Made by a program: the position numbers and the translations under genes. This document shows positions 10,764-20,506 of a stretch of DNA of 64,000 nucleotides, piece by piece. How positions within the stretch are numbered: position 1 is the stretch's first letter; every line of letters starts with the position of its first letter. The stretch covers positions 1 through 64,000 of the forward strand of contig NZ_LSUQ01000004.1 in assembly GCF_001642725.1 (NCBI RefSeq), written 5' to 3'. A model generated the notes under the pieces. That model saw nothing but the letters and a program-made list of their open reading frames with translations. It did no database searches and was not told the origin of the DNA. This DNA is from Ferroacidibacillus organovorans (GTDB lineage: Bacteria; Bacillota; Bacilli; Alicyclobacillales; SLC66).

Positions 10764-11953
10764 AAAACACGTTTACACTGGCTGTGCTCATTTGTAGTGA
10801 CGTTTTGCTGTTTGGGTTGGCGCACACGATCGGCGGCTCGGGGACTTGGTATCTGGCGGTGGCGTGGACACTTTTTGTCCTTTGGGAGGCTGCATCCCTT
10901 TTCGCCATGCCGCGCATTGTCGATGTGGAGCGGTTCGTCTCACGCGAACGGGGATTTTCCGGGGATGATGTATTCGTTACATTGACAGTTTCCGCGAAAC
11001 GCGGGTGGTGGGCATCGCTGCCTGTGCGAATGGAAGAAGAAATGGACGATGTCCTGCGTATTCGCCAGACGTACGATCAGCCGCCACGTCGCTTTGGGCA
11101 CACGCTTCGCGCCAGCTATACCTTTCACGCTCTTCCGCGCGGCGCGTATGCGCTGTATGGGCTCACCATTGAGTGTTCCGATCTGTTTGGGCTTTTCAAG
11201 CGCAGACAGACGGCAGAGCGTTTGAGCGAGTGGTTGATTTACCCGAAGATCGTTCCTCTTTCGACAGATTTCACGGCGAGTTCTTTACTTTGTGCTACGC
11301 GTAGCGCGCGCAGTCACCTCTTTGCGGCATCCGAACATCTCTCAGGCACTCGTCCCTATATGCCGGGCGATCGCTTGGGTGGCATCCACTGGCCAGCGAC
11401 GGCGCGCACGCAACAACTGCAGTCAAGGACGTTTGATATCCATATGTCTCATCTCACTTATTTGTGGCTTGATGAGATAAATGGCGATGAGCGACAGCGG
11501 GACGTGTTTGAGCGATCCGTCTGCGCGTGCGCGTCGGTCGCAAGCGCGCTGCTCTCGGCCGGGAGACTCACAGGATTGCTGCTTGTAGAGCAAACCGTCT
11601 CGCCAAAACGGGGGGATCTTCAGCGGGGGCGGATAATGGATGCCCTTGCGCGCGCGAAACCATGCAGGATGAACGTCGCAGAGCAGCGAGCTGCGGTTCA
11701 CGCACATCTGCTGCGCACCATGGAACGCGATGCTGTGCTCTATGTGTTTACCCAAACCTTTGATGACTTGTTAGTGCGGGATCTGAACGCGCTGCTGCGG
11801 CGAAACCTATCCGTCGTCGTGTTCCTCGCGCAGCCCGCGGGGGATGACAGCGTTATGGATCGACAGGGAGTCACCGTATGCGCCTACTCATCGCTCGATG
11901 CGCTGCCTGCGATGATGAATGACGGGTATATGTGGAAACCCAATCTTCGTTAG
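10760..11953 (+). CDS. DUF58 domain protein
   Basis: SDLFGLF, LIYPK, RPYMPGD..GIHWPATAR; coupled to MoxR. Confidence 0.85.
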   Translation: MKNTFTLAVLICSDVLLFGLAHTIGGSGTWYLAVAWTLFVLWEAASLFAMPRIVDVERFVSRERGFSGDDVFVTLTVSAKRGWWASLPVRMEEEMDDVLRIRQTYDQPPRRFGHTLRASYTFHALPRGAYALYGLTIECSDLFGLFKRRQTAERLSEWLIYPKIVPLSTDFTASSLLCATRSARSHLFAASEHLSGTRPYMPGDRLGGIHWPATARTQQLQSRTFDIHMSHLTYLWLDEINGDERQRDVFERSVCACASVASALLSAGRLTGLLLVEQTVSPKRGDLQRGRIMDALARAKPCRMNVAEQRAAVHAHLLRTMERDAVLYVFTQTFDDLLVRDLNALLRRNLSVVVFLAQPAGDDSVMDRQGVTVCAYSSLDALPAMMNDGYMWKPNLR

Positions 11954-11971
11954 ATGCGTTGTTGACCCTCA

Positions 11972-14215
11972 GTGGGTGCACGTGAGGGTGACGAGGTCAC
12001 AGGACGGAATGATGGTGAAGAGGTGAGCGCACAGATGGCGCGGGAAAAGGTTCGCGATTTGCTGATCGCGTGTCTTACGTGGGCGTGGGCAGCGGCACTT
12101 CTCGCCCCTATGGAGAATGTGGGGTACATGGGTGATATTTATCCAATGATCGCCTTTGTCGCATATTTGACGATCAGCCCCCTTTTTTTGCGCGCGCGTT
12201 ATCGCGTCTTCCTTACGCCGCTGCTCATTTTAACCGTGATTAAAGTGGAGTATTACGGGACCCTCCCTTGGTATGCCATCGGGCCGTTTCTCGCGCATTT
12301 GGCAAACGATATGATACTTGGACTGCACGGGATGACGCATCACGATGTCAAGCAGATTAACGCCGGGATACGCACCATCGCTTTTTTTGGCGTCATCCTG
12401 TTTGGCGCTCGTCTGCTGATGGATGCGGCAGAGAGTCCCGCTTGGCTGCTCACAACAACCATTGTGGGAGAAGGTGTGCTCATCGTGCTCGCAGCGCGCG
12501 TAGGGGTTCGCGACGGGGTGGCGATGGCCGTTCTCTTTTTGAGCGCGCTCGCCATGCTTGGAGTCCGCAGCGTATGGAGTCACCTTCCTGTTGACGGCGA
12601 ACGTCTTTCTATGCGCGGGCGATTGGTGCGGTCTCCTGCTTTGAGCCTGGCAGGGATGCTTGCCGTCCTGGCGATTTTGAGCGTCTGGACGCCACGAGGG
12701 GAAGCCCGCGATTTTCACGTGCGCGCGTGGTGGCATTCGCTGTTTGCGCGACGCGTTGAAGCGACCGCGCCTGCCGCTGCGTATGGCGCGAACGACGCGC
12801 GCCTTGGCGGGAATTTCAACGGCAGCTCTGCGGTCATGTTTCGCGTTATCGCGCCACAGCCGTCGTATTATCAGATGGAATCGTTCTCAACCTATACGGG
12901 GGCGGGATGGGTCAGTGGCGCGCCGACGTCGGTGGTGGCAGGAACAGCTTCTCACAGCTCGCGCACGCTTATGAAACAACAGGTGTGGGTGGAGTCTGGC
13001 GTCTACCCGGCCGTGCTCGGCGCCAACCACATCCTTGGTGCCACGATGCGTGGCGGTGTTCGCGCGCGTTTCGTACCTGCAATGGACGCGTGGACCTTCG
13101 GCACACTGCACGCGGGCGAGCATTATACCGTCACGTCAGCGCTAAAAAACGTGAGCCCGCAAGCGCTCGTCTCGGTAGCAAACGGCAATGGAGTCTACGC
13201 GTATCGTATGGATCTGCAGTTGCCGACTGATTTTCCACAGCGGGACATCCTTTTGGCGCATCAAATTACGAAGAATGCGGTGACACCTTACGCAAAGTTG
13301 CAAGCGATCATCGCGTATTTGCAGTCACACGAATCGTATCAGACGCAAGGCATCCCTGTTCCGCGGCCAGGGCAAGATTTTGTCGATCAGTTTCTTTTTG
13401 AGACGCATCGCGGCTATTGTGACCAGTTTTCAACAGCCGCCGCGATTCTCGCGCGCGTCGTCGGCATTCCGACGCGCTGGGTGAAGGGATACATCGCGGT
13501 GCCGGCCGACCCGACCTACCGCGGAGCGCTAAACGAGTACACCCTTCGCGGAACGGATGCGCACTCATGGTTTGAGGCGTGGTTTACGGGGTACGGCTTT
13601 GTCCCTTTTGAAGCGACACCGTCGGCCGCCCTCGCGCAAATTACCCGAACAAAAGGGCAAGCGGTATCCCATGTGATTTCTTCCCATCTGCCAAAAGTCA
13701 CGCCTGTCGCGCAGAGTGCGCACCCACACACTGCAAAGAGGTTAAAACCTCAAAAAACTCTAAGCATTGCCACCTCGCTCGCTCCCTTGGTGTATGATTT
13801 TTTCGCACTTCTTGCAGGTGTACTTGTGATCGTTTGGTTTATGCGGCGCGTGTCGCAAAAGAGATTCTTGGCTCATAGAGAAGATGCGTCTGTCGGCGTT
13901 CCTGGCACACAGGCAGAACGTTTGCTGCACGCGCTTGAGCAACGCATCGCGAACCCGCGCGCTGCTCACGAGACGCTGCGCGAGTGGGGCAATCGACAAA
14001 CGATGGGCGTGGATCAGAATGAACTGATGGATGTGATTGCCTCTGTGGAGCGTATTCGCTATGGCGCTGTGGAGCGAGCGCGGGGTGAGGATGGCGTTGC
14101 TATGGATGAAACCTTGGTTGAGTGCCGATTTCGAGCACAATTGGAATGGATCGGGCGGTCTCCTTTCAAACGCGCTTTGGCTGTCCTGCGCCGCCTGGTC
14201 AAGCAGAGCCGCTGA
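11972..14215 (+). CDS. Membrane transglutaminase-like protein (TgpA-like)
   Basis: N-terminal TM segments; VDQFLFETHRGYCDQF, AHSWFEAWF, PFEATP; true start may be ATG 12035. Confidence 0.87.
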   Translation: MGAREGDEVTGRNDGEEVSAQMAREKVRDLLIACLTWAWAAALLAPMENVGYMGDIYPMIAFVAYLTISPLFLRARYRVFLTPLLILTVIKVEYYGTLPWYAIGPFLAHLANDMILGLHGMTHHDVKQINAGIRTIAFFGVILFGARLLMDAAESPAWLLTTTIVGEGVLIVLAARVGVRDGVAMAVLFLSALAMLGVRSVWSHLPVDGERLSMRGRLVRSPALSLAGMLAVLAILSVWTPRGEARDFHVRAWWHSLFARRVEATAPAAAYGANDARLGGNFNGSSAVMFRVIAPQPSYYQMESFSTYTGAGWVSGAPTSVVAGTASHSSRTLMKQQVWVESGVYPAVLGANHILGATMRGGVRARFVPAMDAWTFGTLHAGEHYTVTSALKNVSPQALVSVANGNGVYAYRMDLQLPTDFPQRDILLAHQITKNAVTPYAKLQAIIAYLQSHESYQTQGIPVPRPGQDFVDQFLFETHRGYCDQFSTAAAILARVVGIPTRWVKGYIAVPADPTYRGALNEYTLRGTDAHSWFEAWFTGYGFVPFEATPSAALAQITRTKGQAVSHVISSHLPKVTPVAQSAHPHTAKRLKPQKTLSIATSLAPLVYDFFALLAGVLVIVWFMRRVSQKRFLAHREDASVGVPGTQAERLLHALEQRIANPRAAHETLREWGNRQTMGVDQNELMDVIASVERIRYGAVERARGEDGVAMDETLVECRFRAQLEWIGRSPFKRALAVLRRLVKQSR

Positions 14216-14293
14216 CATTCGTGGTACACTACACAGCATAGTTTTCAAATCCTATGAAGACGTGGAAAACTCCTTGTAGAAAGTGGTGTCGAG

Positions 14294-15835
14294 ATGGGAA
14301 TGGATCGTCACGAGACGGTCGTGGTTCTTGATTTTGGAGGACAATACAACCAACTGATCGCGCGCAGAATTCGTGAATTAAACGTGTTCTCGGAGTTGCT
14401 TCCGCACGATACACCGATTGAGACGTTGCGTGCGATGAAACTCAAAGGGATCATCTTTTCAGGCGGTCCGCAAAGTGTGTATCGAGACAGTGCGCCGCTC
14501 GTTGATCCGTCGATTTACGAACTTGGCGTTCCGATCCTTGGAATCTGCTACGGCATGCAGCTGCTTGCGCGCGATTTTAATGCGCACGTCACACAGGCGA
14601 GCGCGCGCGAGTACGGGCTCACCGAACTCTCTTGCCACAGCCACGCGACACTTTTCGCAGGAACACCAGCCACCCAGCGCGTGTGGATGAGCCACGGCGA
14701 TATGGTCGTCGAAGTGCCGCAGGGCTTTCGCGTGGACGCGTACACGTCGAGCGCGCCGGTTGCGGCGATGAGTGACCCTTCGCGCAAACTCTACGGTGTA
14801 CAGTTTCATCCAGAAGTCCAGCACACCGACTACGGACAGGATCTGCTGCGCCAATTCCTCTTTCGCGTTTGCGAGTGTGCAGGCGACTGGCGGATGGACA
14901 ATTTTGTGGAAGAGTCGATCACAGCGCTGCGTGACACCGTGAAAGATGCGCGGGTGCTTATGGCGCTCTCAGGTGGCGTCGATTCGTCTGTCACGGCGGC
15001 ACTCCTTCACCGCGCGATCGGTGATCGCCTGACGTGCGTCTTTGTTGATCACGGATTGCTTAGAAAAGACGAGTCCGAGCAAGTGATGGAAATGCTCTCC
15101 GGTACGTTTCACATGGACATCCGGCTCGTGAACGCGCGCACGCGCTTTCTCGCGCTGCTTGACGGCGTATCCGATCCGGAAGAAAAGCGCAAGCGGATCG
15201 GTCGCGAATTTATTGCTGTGTTTGACGAGACGGCAACATCGCTCGGCTCATTTGCCTTTCTCGGACAAGGCACACTCTATACGGATATCGTGGAGAGCGG
15301 CACGAAAACGGCGGCGACCATCAAATCACACCACAACGTGGGCGGTTTGCCAGAAGATATGGCGTTCAAATTGATTGAGCCGCTCAAAACACTCTTTAAA
15401 GATGAGGTGCGCGCGCTCGGAGAAGAGTTGGGACTCCCGCACGCATTCGTCTATCGGCAGCCGTTTCCAGGACCCGGACTCGCGATTCGCATCATGGGCG
15501 AAATCACGCCGACACGCATCGCGACGCTTCAAAATGCGGATGCCATCTTGCGCGAAGAGATTGCGCTGGCAGGGCTTCAGGATTCAATTTGGCAGTACTT
15601 TGCGGTGCTGACTGGCGTGCGCAGCGTCGGCGTGATGGGCGACGAGCGAACCTATGCGGAAACGATCGCACTGCGCGCGGTGACTTCGCGCGACGGGATG
15701 ACCGCCGATTTTGCGCATATCCCGTATGACGTGCTCGGAAAGATTTCCAACCGAATCTGCAATGAGGTGCACGGTATCAATCGCGTGGTGTACGACGTCA
15801 CCTCAAAACCGCCCGCGACCATCGAGTGGGAGTAA
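14294..15835 (+). CDS. guaA: GMP synthase (glutamine-hydrolyzing)
   Basis: [38 protein letters not shown]. Confidence 0.99.
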   Translation: MGMDRHETVVVLDFGGQYNQLIARRIRELNVFSELLPHDTPIETLRAMKLKGIIFSGGPQSVYRDSAPLVDPSIYELGVPILGICYGMQLLARDFNAHVTQASAREYGLTELSCHSHATLFAGTPATQRVWMSHGDMVVEVPQGFRVDAYTSSAPVAAMSDPSRKLYGVQFHPEVQHTDYGQDLLRQFLFRVCECAGDWRMDNFVEESITALRDTVKDARVLMALSGGVDSSVTAALLHRAIGDRLTCVFVDHGLLRKDESEQVMEMLSGTFHMDIRLVNARTRFLALLDGVSDPEEKRKRIGREFIAVFDETATSLGSFAFLGQGTLYTDIVESGTKTAATIKSHHNVGGLPEDMAFKLIEPLKTLFKDEVRALGEELGLPHAFVYRQPFPGPGLAIRIMGEITPTRIATLQNADAILREEIALAGLQDSIWQYFAVLTGVRSVGVMGDERTYAETIALRAVTSRDGMTADFAHIPYDVLGKISNRICNEVHGINRVVYDVTSKPPATIEWE

Positions 15836-16082
15836 ACGTGTTCCCATCCGTGGAACGCGCATCAACGTCACCTCCTTGGCAAGAACGTGAAAACGCATAA
15901 TATCGCAGATCGGAAACATGCTACAGCGAGACATCTCGACTGCGCGTGAGGTTGATCCGCGTACGTGCGTTTTAGAGGTTGTGCAGTTGATTGTGAAACA
16001 TCCATTCGCTGAATTGGATCGAGTGGCAGGTTTCGCATTCTTTCGCACATGGCCGAAACGTTCGAGCTTAGGAGGCGTATTT

Positions 16083-17402
16083 ATGATGAAACAGTCGCTT
16101 TTGGCGGCGTTTGCCGTCGTCACAGGGCTCGCTTCTCTCACGGCGTGTTCAAGCCCATCGAGTACAACGGCTCCCAATCCACCGTCCACCAGCCCCGCGC
16201 CAACATCGGGGAAGGTGACGATCAATTGGGCTGCCTCGCCGATTGCAAACGTCGGTATCCGCAAGCAATTGATCCAGTTGTTTGAAAAGGCGAATCCGAG
16301 CATCAAAGTGAACCTGATCAGTCAGCCGTCGAGCACCGATACGAACCGCGCCTCGCTGATTACAGAGATTTCCGGTGGCTCAACCACCCCTGACGTGTTC
16401 ATGGGCGACGTGGTGTGGCCGGGACAATTCGCGGCGCAATCCCTCGCGGAGCCGCTTAACAAGCATTTTCCTGCGAGTTTCTTTACACGCTTTGCGCCAG
16501 GGCTCGTGCAGGGCGCGACAATTAAAGGAAATGTGTATGCGGCGCCGTTTTTCATGGACGCAGGCTTTCTCTACTATCGCAAGGATCTGCTGCAAAAGGC
16601 GCATTTGCCCGTGCCAAAAACGTGGGAACAACTGCAATCGGAAGCAAAGACATTGGTTAGCAATAAAATGGTTAAATACGGCTTTGTCTGGGAAGGCGCA
16701 TCCTACGAAGGTTTAACGTGCAACTGGATGGAGTATCTCACAGACGCTGGCGGTCAGGTGTTCAACGCGCAAGGGAAACCGAACATGGATACCCCCGCGG
16801 CACAGCACGCGCTCTCCTTTATGCGCGGACTGATCACGTCTGGCGTATCGCCGCAGGCCGTGAGCGTGTTCCAAGAACCGCAAGCGATGAACACCTTTAA
16901 CAACGGACAGGCTGCCTTCCTTAGAAACTGGGACTACGCGTGGGCAAACTCGCAAACACCGGGCCAGTCCAGTGTTGTTGGCAAAGTGGGCGTCGTGCCC
17001 TTGCCGACGTTTGCCGGACACGGTGCGCGCGGGTATGCATGCATCGGCGGCTGGGATCTCTACATCAATCCGCACAGCAAGCACATGGCGGCTGATCTCA
17101 CCTTTATCAACTGGATGACGAGCGTTCCGGCGCAAACGGTGCTCGCCTCTCAGTATTCGGAGATTCCGACCAACGCGACTGTGCAAAACAGCCCGGCGGT
17201 CAGAGCGAAAAACCCTGTTCTTTCCATCGTGGGACAGACGAACCTTGTCGCGCGTCCCGCCCAGAATCCCTACTACGCAAAAGTGTCGACGGCGATCTAC
17301 ACGAATGTCAACGCGGCGCTCGCGGGGCAGGTCAGCGTCTCAACAGCGCTTAGTCAAGCCAATGCGCAATTGGCGTCGGCCGTCGGCAGTTCGAGTTTGT
17401 AG
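16083..17402 (+). CDS. Sugar ABC transporter substrate-binding lipoprotein (trehalose/maltose-type)
   Basis: AGGAGG RBS; lipobox LTAC; YEGLTCN, FLRNWDY, GGWDL motifs. Confidence 0.88.
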   Translation: MMKQSLLAAFAVVTGLASLTACSSPSSTTAPNPPSTSPAPTSGKVTINWAASPIANVGIRKQLIQLFEKANPSIKVNLISQPSSTDTNRASLITEISGGSTTPDVFMGDVVWPGQFAAQSLAEPLNKHFPASFFTRFAPGLVQGATIKGNVYAAPFFMDAGFLYYRKDLLQKAHLPVPKTWEQLQSEAKTLVSNKMVKYGFVWEGASYEGLTCNWMEYLTDAGGQVFNAQGKPNMDTPAAQHALSFMRGLITSGVSPQAVSVFQEPQAMNTFNNGQAAFLRNWDYAWANSQTPGQSSVVGKVGVVPLPTFAGHGARGYACIGGWDLYINPHSKHMAADLTFINWMTSVPAQTVLASQYSEIPTNATVQNSPAVRAKNPVLSIVGQTNLVARPAQNPYYAKVSTAIYTNVNAALAGQVSVSTALSQANAQLASAVGSSSL

Positions 17403-17434
17403 GTCGACTCAAATCATGCACCGCAAACGCATGC

Positions 17435-17480
17435 GGCTGTCGAGAACGTCCTTCTTGGACGGCGCTCGGCAGCCTTTTTT
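17435..17480 (+). terminator. Stem-loop with T-tract between SBP and permease genes
   Basis: GGCTGTCGAG...CTCGGCAGCC followed by TTTTTT. Confidence 0.65.
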
Positions 17481-17532
17481 ATCGGATAAATCATGCGGGC
17501 GTGGCAAACACTAGCGCTACAGGAAGGAGCGG

Positions 17533-18447
17533 ATGTGCGCCATGCGTGTCAATAAGTTAGACCGAGGCTACGCTATCGCGGGATATGCCATGGTCACCCC
17601 AGCGCTGCTCGTGATTGCGCTCGTGACACTGTTTCCTATCGGTTACTCCATTTATATGAGCCTAAACGCGATTCAATCGACGTACTCCGGTTTCCAATTT
17701 TCCTTCATCGGTCTGCACAACTACGCCATCATCTTTGGGATTGCAGAATTTTGGCAGTCGCTCGGCTTCACGACAGGGTATGCGATCGTCACGGTGGTCA
17801 TCGAGCTGATCCTTGGCATGCTCACCGCGCTCGCGCTCAATCAGCCGATCAAGGGACGCGGTTTCGCCGTCGCCGCGATGCTGATTCCGTGGACACTGAT
17901 CACTGTCATCTCTGCGCAGATGTGGGGATACATCTTCAATCCAGTTTACGGGGTGCTAAACGCCATCCTGCTTCAACTCCACATCATCGGGCAGCCCATC
18001 TTGTGGCTCGGCCTACCCAACCTCGCGATTCCTTCGCTCATGGTCGCAGACATCTGGAAGACCACGCCGTTTGTCACGATGATCCTGCTTGCGGGCCTGC
18101 AGTTGATCCCGACAGAGTTGTACGAGGCGGCGCGCATCGACGGCGCGAGCGCTGTGCGCGTCTTTTTCCAGGTGACGTTTCCGCTGCTGCGTCCAAGTAT
18201 CGGACTCGCGGCTCTTTTTCGCATTCTACAGGCGTTTGGTCTCTTTGACCTCCCGTTTGTTCTCACGCAAGGAGGACCTGGGACGAGCACCGAGTCGATC
18301 GCAATGCTCGCCTATAAGGCACTCTTTAACGACGGCGAGTTTGGGCCGGGCACGGCGGTCGCCGTCTCAACCGTGGTCTTGGTCATCCTGCTCGCGCTTG
18401 TCTCGCTGCGCGCCTTGCGCACACAAGTCGGGGAGGTGGAGTCGTGA
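17533..18447 (+). CDS. Carbohydrate ABC permease (MalF/UgpA-like)
   Basis: ADIWKTTPF, EAA loop LYEAARIDGA. Confidence 0.92.
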   Translation: MCAMRVNKLDRGYAIAGYAMVTPALLVIALVTLFPIGYSIYMSLNAIQSTYSGFQFSFIGLHNYAIIFGIAEFWQSLGFTTGYAIVTVVIELILGMLTALALNQPIKGRGFAVAAMLIPWTLITVISAQMWGYIFNPVYGVLNAILLQLHIIGQPILWLGLPNLAIPSLMVADIWKTTPFVTMILLAGLQLIPTELYEAARIDGASAVRVFFQVTFPLLRPSIGLAALFRILQAFGLFDLPFVLTQGGPGTSTESIAMLAYKALFNDGEFGPGTAVAVSTVVLVILLALVSLRALRTQVGEVES

Positions 18448-19277
18448 CAAGGAGACTCGCGCTGCGCAAAGGGATCGGATATCTCGTTTTGATCGCAATG
18501 CTTTTAGTGATCGTCGCGCCGTTTTATTGGATGGTCATCACGTCATTTAAGACAAACGGAGAGATCAGCGCCTTTCCACCGACGTACTTTCCGCAAAATC
18601 CGACGCTGCTTCAGTATCAGCAGGCGTTTTATCAGTTCGGATTCGGCGTATACTTTCGCAACAGTTTGGTCGTATCGCTTGTCTCCACGTTTTTTGTGAT
18701 GATTCTCGCGGCGCTTGCGAGTTACGCATTGGCGCGGCTGCCGATTCGCGGAAAGGCGCCAATCATGGTCGTTTTACTGATGATCTCAACGTTTCCACAG
18801 GTGGGTGTTATCTTCCCGCTGTTTGTTTTGTTTCAGTCAATCGGTTGGTTGAACAGCTACCAGGCGCTCATCGTGCCGTACACCGCGTTCAATCTCCCAT
18901 TCGCCATCTGGGTGATGCGCACGTATTTTATCGGTATTCCTAAGGAGCTTGACGAAGCGGCGCGGGTCGATGGCGCGAGTGTGATGACCACGGTGTTTCG
19001 CGTGATTCTACCGCTCGCGACGCCGGGACTATTCACCGGGGCAATCTTTACGTTTGTCGCGTGTTGGACAGAATTTTTCTTTGCGCTGGTTTTTAACAAC
19101 AGCAACGCCTTGCGCACGATTCCTGTCGGCATCGCGCTCTTTGGGGGACAATTTACCATCCCCTATGGTACGATGTTCGCAGCATCTACGGTGGCGGTTC
19201 TGCCGGTCGTCCTGCTGGTACTTATTTTCCAGCGCTGGGTGGTCGCGGGACTCACGGCGGGTGCGGTAAAAGGCTAA
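18444..19277 (+). CDS. Carbohydrate ABC permease (MalG/UgpE-like)
   Basis: ELDEAARVDGA, C-terminal GLTAGAVKG. Confidence 0.93.
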   Translation: MTRRLALRKGIGYLVLIAMLLVIVAPFYWMVITSFKTNGEISAFPPTYFPQNPTLLQYQQAFYQFGFGVYFRNSLVVSLVSTFFVMILAALASYALARLPIRGKAPIMVVLLMISTFPQVGVIFPLFVLFQSIGWLNSYQALIVPYTAFNLPFAIWVMRTYFIGIPKELDEAARVDGASVMTTVFRVILPLATPGLFTGAIFTFVACWTEFFFALVFNNSNALRTIPVGIALFGGQFTIPYGTMFAASTVAVLPVVLLVLIFQRWVVAGLTAGAVKG

Positions 19278-19294
19278 AGGCGGGATTTACTACC

Positions 19295-20302
19295 ATGACA
19301 ACCTTGCGAGTCGGAGTGATCGGTTGCGGTGCGATCGCCGTCAATCGCCACCTTCCGGAGTATCGGGACAATTCGCGCGTGAAGTTGGTCGGTGTGTGTG
19401 ACGCGAAGGAGGCGCGTGTCCAGGATGTGGCAAAGACGTATGGCATTCGCGCGTACACGCGCTGGGAAGACATGCTTTTGGAGCAAGAACTCGACGCGGT
19501 AAGTGTGTGCCTGCCCAATCGCTTTCACGGCCCTGTCTCGACGGCAGCACTTTGGGCGGGAAAGCATGTGTTGTGTGAAAAACCGATGGCCGTTTCGGCG
19601 GATGAGGCAGAAGCGATGATCGCGGCGGCGGATGAGGCGGGGCGCGTCTTGATGATCGCGCACAATCAGCGCTTTTTCCCGGCGCATATTCGCGCAAAGC
19701 AGCTCCTTCACAGCGGGCGGCTCGGCGCGGTGCTCCAGTTTCGCACGACGTTTGCACACGGGGGACCTGAGCAGTGGTCTGCGGAAGGGATGCAGTCGTG
19801 GTTTTTCAATGAGCAGGACGCGTTTGTCGGCGCACTCGGCGATCTCGGGATTCATAAAGCAGATCTGATACGCTGGTTGCTTGAAGACGAGGTGGTTGAG
19901 GTTTCCGCGATGCTCAGGACGCTTGAAAAGGCGGCCAATGTCGATGACAACGCGGTGTGCCTACTCGGCATGCGTTCAGGTGCGGTCGGCACGCTCACGG
20001 CGAGTTGGACGCACCGCCCTGGGGAGGATGACACGACGACACTCTATTGTGAACACGGGATTCTTCATATTGATCCGCATGCGGAAGTGCCGCTTCACGT
20101 GTTGTATGAGGATGGCACGGAAGAGAAGATTGCAATTCCGGATGAGGCGCAGGCGCACAACAGCCGCGTCGTGGATGAGTTTGTCGACGCGGTGCTCAGT
20201 AGCCGATCTCCTGCGATCTCGGGACGGGACGGGTACGCGTCGCTGCGCGTGATTCTCGCGGCTGTGAACGCGTCGCGCGAGGGGCGTCGCGTGACGCTGT
20301 AG
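19295..20302 (+). CDS. Gfo/Idh/MocA-family NAD(P)-dependent oxidoreductase
   Basis: GVIGCG, HVLCEKPM, GALGDLGIH. Confidence 0.92.
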   Translation: MTTLRVGVIGCGAIAVNRHLPEYRDNSRVKLVGVCDAKEARVQDVAKTYGIRAYTRWEDMLLEQELDAVSVCLPNRFHGPVSTAALWAGKHVLCEKPMAVSADEAEAMIAAADEAGRVLMIAHNQRFFPAHIRAKQLLHSGRLGAVLQFRTTFAHGGPEQWSAEGMQSWFFNEQDAFVGALGDLGIHKADLIRWLLEDEVVEVSAMLRTLEKAANVDDNAVCLLGMRSGAVGTLTASWTHRPGEDDTTTLYCEHGILHIDPHAEVPLHVLYEDGTEEKIAIPDEAQAHNSRVVDEFVDAVLSSRSPAISGRDGYASLRVILAAVNASREGRRVTL

Positions 20303-20391
20303 GTGATGGACGATGGCGGCGAATGCCGCGCGGCATGATCAGTGAGACGAGTGGAGTCCGGGCCTGTGCGTAGGATGCACGGGCGTTTTGT

Positions 20392-20429
20392 GTTGCATAA
20401 ATATTATATCTGATGTATATTGATAGAAT
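20392..20429 (+). promoter_or_regulatory. Tandem ARG boxes (ArgR/AhrC) overlapping a TTGCAT-N17-TATATT promoter of argJ
   Basis: GTTGCATAAATATTATAT-CT-GATGTATATTGATAGAAT; AT-rich island upstream of an arg gene. Confidence 0.6.
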
Positions 20430-20506
20430 TACAACCCTAGAGGGGTAAACATGGAATCGTGCGAGATTGACGATGAAGAACTGGTTTTGCGTGAGGAGTG
20501 TGGAAG

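Noticed and set aside
15888..15901. cre/LacI-type operator upstream of the sugar ABC operon (TGAAAACGCATAAT); similar half-site before msmX
   Set aside because: Only the left half matches consensus, too weak to call
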